Both the position numbers and the translations under genes were made by a program. Source: a virus. Taken from it: 64,000 nucleotides of DNA. Positions 58,175 to 64,000 of the stretch are shown here, in pieces (position 1 is the first letter of the stretch; each line of letters starts with the position of its first letter). The notes below the pieces were generated by a model. The model made no database searches. It had not been told where the DNA came from and was given only the letters and a program-made list of their open reading frames with translations. The stretch is taken from positions 46,589 through 110,588 of IMG/VR virus record IMGVR_UViG_3300024261_002043; one strand, written 5' to 3'.

Positions 58175-59587
58175 TTAGCTAGCTTCTTTCATGGTCACTG
58201 GCCACTTCATTTTGACTACGATGTCTTTCTTGTAATTGCTCATCCAGTCCTGGACGTCTCCATCAGGGGTAATGATCCATGCTCGAGGAATCAAGCTAGG
58301 ACCAGGATCGTCAGCGTAACCATCTGTAAGGATGATGTAGCCATCGAAGTTCTTTTTATTCTTTACTGCATGCCTTGAGGGAGCCTTGAAACAGGTACCA
58401 CCGGCGCGAGTACGGCTAGCTTCCGGAGTCTGGCTTCGCTTCCATACCTTCTTACTCTTTAGGTCCACCTCGGTATCGAAGTGAAAGCATGTGAACTCTG
58501 TGTTCTTAGCCAAGCTGCGCAACTCGCCGAAGCAAAGAGCCAGCTCTTTATCGCTTACCGAACCAGACTGGTCAATGTAGGTAGCCACTGAGGATGTATA
58601 CCCACGCTTGGCACCAGGAACCAATCGACCCATTGTACTGTGGATACGACTATAGCTGGTAGTACGATTAGCACGCCGGCTATAACCACAAAATCGGTCG
58701 ATAATCTTCTGCCAAGGTATCTCTGCAACTAGAGCAGCTTTGATCTGTCGTCGTAGTTCTGCAGGAACGTTACCCCAAGATCCCTTACTGTCACATTCCT
58801 TAGCAGCATCACAAGCAGCTTGCTTTACCTTAGCCTTGACATACTCGCGGTCTTCTTCGGACATTTCGCCCCAACCATCATGGTCATCCAGAGTACCTGG
58901 GATTGTGGGGATTGGGTTACCATCCGCATCACAGACTTGACCATTCTCACCAATGGTAACGTCACCGTCTCTTAGGGCATCAGCTAGACTTTTACCCCCT
59001 TGACCAGCAGGGTTTTCAATAGCTTCTTTTACTTCATCATCTTCCATCAGCCGGGCGAAGTACCATTCGGCAGCCTGGCCTCGAGGGAAGCTTTCCAGCT
59101 TATCGGATACAGCCTCATATTGTTTAACCGCAGCTTCTCCCATACGCTCTTTCTGTTCTTCTGTTAGAGCTTTCGAAGGCCTTCCTGGGAACAGACCAAA
59201 CTCAGGAAGCTCATCCATAAGGTGGCTATTGATAGCCAGGTCAGTGGCGTAGTTCCAAATCTTGTGTGGTTCGTACTTACGAGTTGTGGTATGCTCGAAG
59301 ATAAGGTGGAGACATTCATGCTTAATGACACCCCGGACATGCTTACCGCTAAGAGCAGCCATGAACCGATCGTTCCAATACATTTTGAGATCGCCATCTT
59401 TAGCGATAACACCAGCGGTTGGGATCTGGCGAGTTTTAATCTTACTAAGAATCCGAATGATCTTAGCGTAGAATGGCTCTTCGAGCATCATTCCCACCAG
59501 ATGGTGATCGAGCCTAAACTGAGCTGCTACCTCTTCGGTGGCGTGTTCAAACGGTACGTCGGTTGCTGTGGTCTTTTCTTTAGACAT
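58175..59587 (-). CDS. Metallopeptidase plus vWA domain protein (DUF2201-like), MoxR partner
   Basis: IPTAGV, HECLH (HExxH), WNYATDLAIN, LDDH..W; vWA MIDAS IDQSGS, GGT, ILTDGY. Confidence 0.88.
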   Translation of the reverse strand: MSKEKTTATDVPFEHATEEVAAQFRLDHHLVGMMLEEPFYAKIIRILSKIKTRQIPTAGVIAKDGDLKMYWNDRFMAALSGKHVRGVIKHECLHLIFEHTTTRKYEPHKIWNYATDLAINSHLMDELPEFGLFPGRPSKALTEEQKERMGEAAVKQYEAVSDKLESFPRGQAAEWYFARLMEDDEVKEAIENPAGQGGKSLADALRDGDVTIGENGQVCDADGNPIPTIPGTLDDHDGWGEMSEEDREYVKAKVKQAACDAAKECDSKGSWGNVPAELRRQIKAALVAEIPWQKIIDRFCGYSRRANRTTSYSRIHSTMGRLVPGAKRGYTSSVATYIDQSGSVSDKELALCFGELRSLAKNTEFTCFHFDTEVDLKSKKVWKRSQTPEASRTRAGGTCFKAPSRHAVKNKKNFDGYIILTDGYADDPGPSLIPRAWIITPDGDVQDWMSNYKKDIVVKMKWPVTMKEAS

Positions 59588-59624
59588 TCAAAACTCCTTG
59601 GGCCTTACCCCTACCTTCAATTAT

Positions 59625-59655
59625 ATAATACCATAGTAGAGGCCTAAATTGCACG
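59625..59655 (-). promoter_or_regulatory. Early-type promoter CGTGCAA-18 nt-TATTAT
   Basis: Near-identical to the element at 62536-62566. Confidence 0.7.
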
Positions 59656-59666
59656 AATGTCAAAAA

Positions 59667-59873
59667 TTAATCTTCTTTTTGTTCACTTTCCGGGGTTGGC
59701 TTGCGATAATTGACGTTAACGTTGTTAATAATACCTGATAGATGCCCGTATAGTTCCGTCAGTCGAGACTTATACTCATCTTTTGTCCAGCTGTCATTTC
59801 TAAAGTCGTCTGTTTCTAGTTGCCACTGCCGAATCTGAGTGATCATATCATTAAGTGAGATGTTTTTAGACAC
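59667..59873 (-). CDS. Hypothetical protein
   Basis: AGGAG RBS before GTG; 68 aa. Confidence 0.55.
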   Translation of the reverse strand: MSKNISLNDMITQIRQWQLETDDFRNDSWTKDEYKSRLTELYGHLSGIINNVNVNYRKPTPESEQKED

Positions 59874-59904
59874 TATAAGTCTCCTAAGCCATTGATTTTA
59901 TTAT

Positions 59905-59948
59905 AAAATTAAGAGGGCCCGGGTTAACTCAAGAAACCCGGACCCCCT
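59905..59948 (-). terminator. Probable terminator after the MoxR gene
   Basis: Minus-strand hairpin GGGTCCGGGTT...AACCCGGGCCC followed by tcttaatttt. Confidence 0.6.
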
Positions 59949-59967
59949 TGTAGCATCCCCTCGAGGA

Positions 59968-61053
59968 TTATTTTTGAGTGGCGCGGGCTGCGTTAACCAG
60001 CTCCACGACCTTCATCCCAATTTGCTTGTTGAGGGGTAGCAAATTCTTCATGTTACCAGCCTTTTGTACTCCGGTGAACACCTGGATAAGAAACTCTCCT
60101 CCGAGCTCCTCAGCGAAGGCGGCTACAGCCTTTACTTCCTTTGCCTTCCAGTTGTTTTCCTTAGCATGAGCGCTAATCTTTTCTACCAAACCAGCCAATT
60201 GACTAGCAGGAGCATCCTTTAGATCGCCTGATTTGACCTTCCCCGAAAGGATATCTTCAGCAGAGATCTGCAGTTCATAGTTTTTAACGAAATCCCGGAA
60301 GGCAATCCCTGCCTCCACTCCGATGAATCCAGTCAGGATGCTGTAAAAGCTTCCAGGGACGTCGCCACCGGCGAGCTTCTCAGGTGCCAGGCTCATATGA
60401 ACCAACGAATCCGACAGGCGGTGCCATGATGCCGGAGTTGGGACAACAGTACCAGGCTCAACAGAAGCCGGGTCTACGCGCCAGTGAGCAGGCTCTTGCT
60501 TGATGAACTCTACAAGGACTTTGTCAAGGCCGGCTTCCTCAGCCCAGTCAGTCCAGTCAGCGACTGTAGGTTCAACATCACATACCCAGAACCTTCGCAG
60601 AAGTGCGGGGTCCATCTCGTTAACATCGTATTCGCTGCCAGCGTTGATAGCAGCGACGACTCGAGTGTCTGGGTGGAGACGGTAGGGGACACCATCTTCA
60701 TCATTTCCAAGCTCACGGTCCAGAACAATCTGGAAGAACGCTTGCATTACAGTTGGCATTGAGCGGTTTAGCTCATCCAGCATAACAACGCAAGGTCTAT
60801 CGCACGCAGTCTTAAACCAAGAAGGAACCACGAAGGTCGCAACCTTCTTTTCATCAACAGCCTTCATATCAGGAAGACCACCAACCTTAGCCTCATCCAT
60901 TGTAGAACCACGAACGTCGATGAACGGAAGCTTAAGTTCGTCGGCAATTGCCCGAGCAACATGAGACTTACCAACACCAGTTGGTCCTCGCATGAGAACC
61001 GCAATGTTCGATGGAAGGTTAGGGACGATAGCTTTAATTGTCTTGATATCCAT
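59968..61053 (-). CDS. MoxR-family AAA+ ATPase
   Basis: GPTGVGKS, VMLDELNR, VVAAIN, MDPALLRRF, PTPASW. Confidence 0.9.
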   Translation of the reverse strand: MDIKTIKAIVPNLPSNIAVLMRGPTGVGKSHVARAIADELKLPFIDVRGSTMDEAKVGGLPDMKAVDEKKVATFVVPSWFKTACDRPCVVMLDELNRSMPTVMQAFFQIVLDRELGNDEDGVPYRLHPDTRVVAAINAGSEYDVNEMDPALLRRFWVCDVEPTVADWTDWAEEAGLDKVLVEFIKQEPAHWRVDPASVEPGTVVPTPASWHRLSDSLVHMSLAPEKLAGGDVPGSFYSILTGFIGVEAGIAFRDFVKNYELQISAEDILSGKVKSGDLKDAPASQLAGLVEKISAHAKENNWKAKEVKAVAAFAEELGGEFLIQVFTGVQKAGNMKNLLPLNKQIGMKVVELVNAARATQK

Positions 61054-61106
61054 TATGGACTCCTTCTTGAGTTATGTTGGCAGTTATTATCCCCACCAAC
61101 ATAATA

Positions 61107-61137
61107 ATAATACCATAAGTAGCCGCTATTTTGCACG
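61107..61137 (-). promoter_or_regulatory. Early-type promoter CGTGCAA-18 nt-TATTAT followed by a leader hairpin
   Basis: Same motif; stem TTATGTTGG/CCAACATAA at 61072-61104. Confidence 0.7.
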
Positions 61138-61151
61138 TTTATCAAAATTAA

Positions 61152-61310
61152 TTATACATTTTTTGCATTATTTTTTTCAATCTGGTTACTAACAATACGA
61201 TTAATCTTTCCCACTGGTTCTCCTTTGATCCAAAGCTTCTTTGTAAGACCTGACAATCTTCGGTCATAATGAGGGTTACCTAAGTGGTTGATTCTATTAC
61301 GCTTTTCCAT
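61152..61310 (-). CDS. 52-aa basic protein (absent from the ORF track)
   Basis: AGGAG RBS; hand translation MEKRNRINHLGNPHYDRRLSGLTKKLWIKGEPVGKINRIVSNQIEKNNAKNV. Confidence 0.5.
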   Translation of the reverse strand: MEKRNRINHLGNPHYDRRLSGLTKKLWIKGEPVGKINRIVSNQIEKNNAKNV

Positions 61311-61320
61311 GCTGTATCTC

Positions 61321-61623
61321 CTAAGCTTGTTTCAACATGTGGAATGGGACGTCCCAATTTCCGGTACTCGTATGGATAATTGCTTTTTTGTACTTGACTT
61401 TTTTTACGTGTCCGGTGATCCTTCCTTTCTTAGAATGCTCAAAATAAACCTTGTCTCCCTTAGTGAGAGTGTCTTTGATGGTAGACTGTCGACGTGATTT
61501 CCGAACTGCATGCTCTTCGTAAGCTAGATTGTGGCAGGCCATTACCTCATCATCACTCATCGTAAGCAGCGAATTCTTAAATACATCTATGAATCCATTA
61601 TTCATTATAACTCCGTTTGCCAA
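61321..61623 (-). CDS. Hypothetical protein with a C-terminal SH3/KOW-like domain
   Basis: LTKGDKVYF...ITGHVKKV...WDVP. The likely start is the internal ATG after GGAG. Confidence 0.6.
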   Translation of the reverse strand: MANGVIMNNGFIDVFKNSLLTMSDDEVMACHNLAYEEHAVRKSRRQSTIKDTLTKGDKVYFEHSKKGRITGHVKKVKYKKAIIHTSTGNWDVPFHMLKQA

Positions 61624-61653
61624 AATTTACAGGCTTACAAGTGGTTGAAATCG

Positions 61654-62484
61654 TTACGCTTTTTCTTCGAAGGTCTGTGCGCAAGTATTGATGGTAAACA
61701 TGTCGATCATCTGCGCGAGCTCCTCGCTAGCTTCGATTGCAATCTTCAGCTCTTCAATCTTGAGAAGGCGCTCCGCGTTGTGTTCTCGGAGTTTAGCAGA
61801 GCATTCCTGGTTCTTCTCCATAATCTCGTGAGGACCGTGGCTTGGACCATGGAATCGAGCGTACACTTTAGGTCCGGACTCTTCATCGTAAGAGTATCCA
61901 GTATGGTACGCCTTGCGCTTAGCTGCGTTGTCAAAGGCTGCCTTAAGCATTAATTCGTACTGAACCTTTGCACCTTGCTCACTATCAGCGAAGAGGTATA
62001 CCTCGGAGCTCATATTCCCGATCGACATTCCATAGAGGTTAGCTTCGCTCTTATCCTCGACGATCTTACGAACCGCGCGCAGGCGGCTCTCAAGTAGGTT
62101 AAGTCGACGAGTAATCTGTGGACCGTACTTGAAAAGCTGGCGTGTACCAGTCTCGACGTGGTTACCATCGGAATCGGTGCCGAAGTGCTTGCGACCCATG
62201 CCGGCATCCGGCACGCTAGTCGTCAGTTCGTGCAAGTCGTTTTGCCACCAGCTTTTCTTAGCTAGCTTGTAGAGCTGAAACAAGTCGTACCCGTTTTCAC
62301 CGCCGACGATCGCATCATCCTTGACTTCGCGACGAACACCACGCCAGTCCTCATGCTTGATAACTTCGTAGTGCTTGGGCCGGAGCTTCGCTAGCGGTCC
62401 GCGGGGGAATCGTTCCGTGAGATCGAAGATCATTGCGGTGCGAGGGTTTTCTTTGATGAGGGCTTTGTATGCGCTTAGCTTCAT
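61654..62484 (-). CDS. Hypothetical protein with a C-terminal coiled coil
   Basis: 276 aa; AAGGA RBS; dedicated promoter. Confidence 0.7.
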   Translation of the reverse strand: MKLSAYKALIKENPRTAMIFDLTERFPRGPLAKLRPKHYEVIKHEDWRGVRREVKDDAIVGGENGYDLFQLYKLAKKSWWQNDLHELTTSVPDAGMGRKHFGTDSDGNHVETGTRQLFKYGPQITRRLNLLESRLRAVRKIVEDKSEANLYGMSIGNMSSEVYLFADSEQGAKVQYELMLKAAFDNAAKRKAYHTGYSYDEESGPKVYARFHGPSHGPHEIMEKNQECSAKLREHNAERLLKIEELKIAIEASEELAQMIDMFTINTCAQTFEEKA

Positions 62485-62535
62485 GCTTTATTCCTTAAGC
62501 TTTGGTAGTTGGGGTCCATCCCCACCTTCATTTAT

Positions 62536-62566
62536 ATAATACCACAGCTGGGGCCTAAATTGCACG
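62536..62566 (-). promoter_or_regulatory. Early-type promoter CGTGCAA-18 nt-TATTAT
   Basis: Shares tcgtgcaatttaggcc...tggtattatata with the element at 59625-59655. Confidence 0.7.
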
Positions 62567-62573
62567 ATTGTCC

Positions 62574-62613
62574 AAAAAAAAGAAAAAAAAAGCCGGCCCT
62601 TGCGGACCGGCTT
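62574..62613 (-). terminator. Rho-independent terminator
   Basis: AAGCCGGTCC-GCAA-GGGCCGGCTT followed by a long T tract on the minus strand. Confidence 0.9.
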
Positions 62614-62636
62614 CCCTCCTCCCTTACGGGATTCTA

Positions 62637-62870
62637 CTACTCTTCGCCGACAGTAACGTTACCGGCCGGCAACGCAGTGTTGAGGAATGACTGAAGCGAT
62701 CGGGCTTCCTTGATAGTCATGCTCAGCTGGGTAGTCGGGGTAGAGTAGAAGTCGTTGTCATATGCTCGGGTAGCAATGGTCAACATGTTGCTGCCAGCCT
62801 TCTTGGCAGTGCTATTCTGGCTAACACCAAAATCAAAACGCTTCGTACTAGAACTCTTCGAATAAATCAT
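62637..62870 (-). CDS. Hypothetical protein in its own transcription unit
   Basis: AAGGAG RBS, promoter variant with TATAAT at 62934-62939, and a terminator downstream. Confidence 0.7.
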   Translation of the reverse strand: MIYSKSSSTKRFDFGVSQNSTAKKAGSNMLTIATRAYDNDFYSTPTTQLSMTIKEARSLQSFLNTALPAGNVTVGEE

Positions 62871-63035
62871 GCAAATTTCTCCTTGTTTGTTTTTTGCATT
62901 GTGGTGGAAGACACCTTCCCCACCAACATTTAGATTATATCGTAGAGGGGCCGGGTGTTCATGGGTTTGTTAAATAAAAAAACTTTTTTTTCACTTCCGC
63001 CCCCGCGGCGCCGAGACTCAGGGTGCGCTCTCGTG

Positions 63036-63126
63036 GAATTGTAAAAGATTTGTAAAAGCTCCTAAGCCGCTGTAATCATTAGACTTTTTGAGTTCCCGCA
63101 TTGAATTGTAAAAGTTTTGTAAAAGC
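63036..63126. repeat. Duplicated 24-bp element GAATTGTAAAAG(A/T)TTTGTAAAAGC
   Basis: Copies at 63036-63059 and 63103-63126, each with two TTGTAAAAG units. Confidence 0.85.
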
Positions 63127-63623
63127 GCACGTTTTCTGCACTTTCTTGTGTACATTTGAGATAACCCTATAAGCCATTAAAATCATTACTAAAAACTACT
63201 TGTGTACTTCGGCTCCTATATAACCTTAGTCGAGAGCAGAATTATCACTGTTTCTAATATTCCACGTGGAGTGTAACCAGAGGGAGTAGCCGTAAAACTG
63301 CCCCTAAGAGACCAGGACATATGGTCAAATAGCCACCTGTCATGACCCAAGAGGGATAGCTAGGTGTAAGCTGGTGTAAATGGGTGTAAACGAGTGTTTT
63401 TTAGGGGTTTCCGAGTGTTACGAAGCGCGCTCTGCTATGAGACAGAGAGCTGGAAAAGACTGAGAAGAGAGAGCTGAAATACTAATACCTTCTTATATAA
63501 TAGAAGCGTGATCGTGAGCATGTGTCGTAGTACTTACCCTTATAGTAGATGCGCTCTCTCTTCCCTTTGGTGTTCTTACTCTTCCTTTAAGCTTGACGGC
63601 TCGTCGTCTTGTAGATATTTCTG

Positions 63624-63824
63624 TTATCTGCCGTGCCGATTTGTGTCTTCGGGTTCGATCACTTCTAGTGTATGAGACATTGCGACGACGACCACGCCTC
63701 TTTCATTGAGGATATGAACGTAGTGTTGACCGCCATCTCCCTTTTCGTTGAAGCCGACTATAACACCAGTCCCAGGTCGTATCGCTGAATCAGGACCCCA
63801 GCTTACGACATCACCAATCTTCAT
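63624..63824 (-). CDS. Small SH3/KOW-like hypothetical protein
   Basis: MKIGDVV...GVIV...YVHIL...LEVI. Confidence 0.65.
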   Translation of the reverse strand: MKIGDVVSWGPDSAIRPGTGVIVGFNEKGDGGQHYVHILNERGVVVVAMSHTLEVIEPEDTNRHGR

Positions 63825-63842
63825 TGTCTTTATTCTTCTCTT

Positions 63843-64000
63843 TTAGAGTGAACATGCGTCTGCCTCCAGATCTCCAATAGCTTCGATGCCCTGATAACAA
63901 TCTCCCATTGAGCACTCTGTGCATGTGTGATCTGGTCCATCGCAATCCGCAGCAGATCCAGCGTACTCTTCACCATACTCTTTCTTCCATAAGTTCGCAG
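63843..64000 (-). CDS. Partial gene (C-terminus), Cys-rich and acidic
   Basis: Open frame from the window edge: ANLWKKEYGEEYAGSAADCDGPDHTCTECSMGDCYQGIEAIGDLEADACSL-stop. Confidence 0.45.
   Translation of the reverse strand, partial: ANLWKKEYGEEYAGSAADCDGPDHTCTECSMGDCYQGIEAIGDLEADACSL

Noticed and set aside
1-64000. Eukaryotic giant virus origin (suggested by PMM, gmd/fcl and the glycosyltransferases)
   Set aside because: Shine-Dalgarno sites, operonic overlaps, sigma factors, Rho-independent terminators and contractile baseplate genes point to a bacteriophage.
1-64000. Stop-codon reassignment, as seen in some large phages
   Set aside because: Recognisable genes are full length in code 11, and TAA, TAG and TGA all terminate genes at expected positions.
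1-64000. tRNA, tmRNA or rRNA genes; integrase, transposase, intron or intein
   Set aside because: None recognised by eye. The GGTTCGA at about 63652 lies inside a coding region with no cloverleaf. A tRNAscan/Infernal run would be needed to exclude them formally.

Overview
This window is a fragment of a large, AT-rich tailed dsDNA bacteriophage (myovirus-like jumbo/huge phage). It uses standard genetic code 11, and nearly all genes lie on the minus strand. In coordinate order it contains: (1) 1-9.7 kb, contractile-tail baseplate genes (LamG-bearing wedge protein, gp6-like, gp25-like, hub/spike); (2) a gp55-like late sigma factor; (3) 11-28.5 kb, a ~17 kb glycan-biosynthesis locus (Gmd, Fcl, DegT-type aminotransferase, PseB/CapD-like dehydratase, two methyltransferases, ~9 GT2/GT4/GT10/GT11-like glycosyltransferases) with no recognisable membrane export genes; (4) an AT-rich tandem-repeat spacer and two long tail-fibre genes; (5) 35.8-45.3 kb, PIN-PhoH, a stand-alone sigma-region-4 protein, an Hc1-like protein, YkuK, a degenerate GroEL-like protein and a complete yeaH-spoVR-prkA module; (6) Nudix, cupin, cytidylyltransferase, DinG helicase, HAD-type PMM, a lipoprotein protease and a Dps-like protein; (7) probable internal head proteins sharing a short helical motif; (8) an array of small SH3/KOW-like ORFs; (9) 57-63.6 kb, a GC-richer early-type region (MoxR plus metallopeptidase-vWA) with repeated promoters and IHF-consensus sites, flanked by repeat-rich non-coding DNA. 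The most interesting hypothesis is a phage-encoded virion glycosylation system, in which the glycan locus acts on flanking virion proteins that are strongly enriched in [S/T]-G-S tripeptides. All assignments come from motif recognition by eye; no database searches were run.
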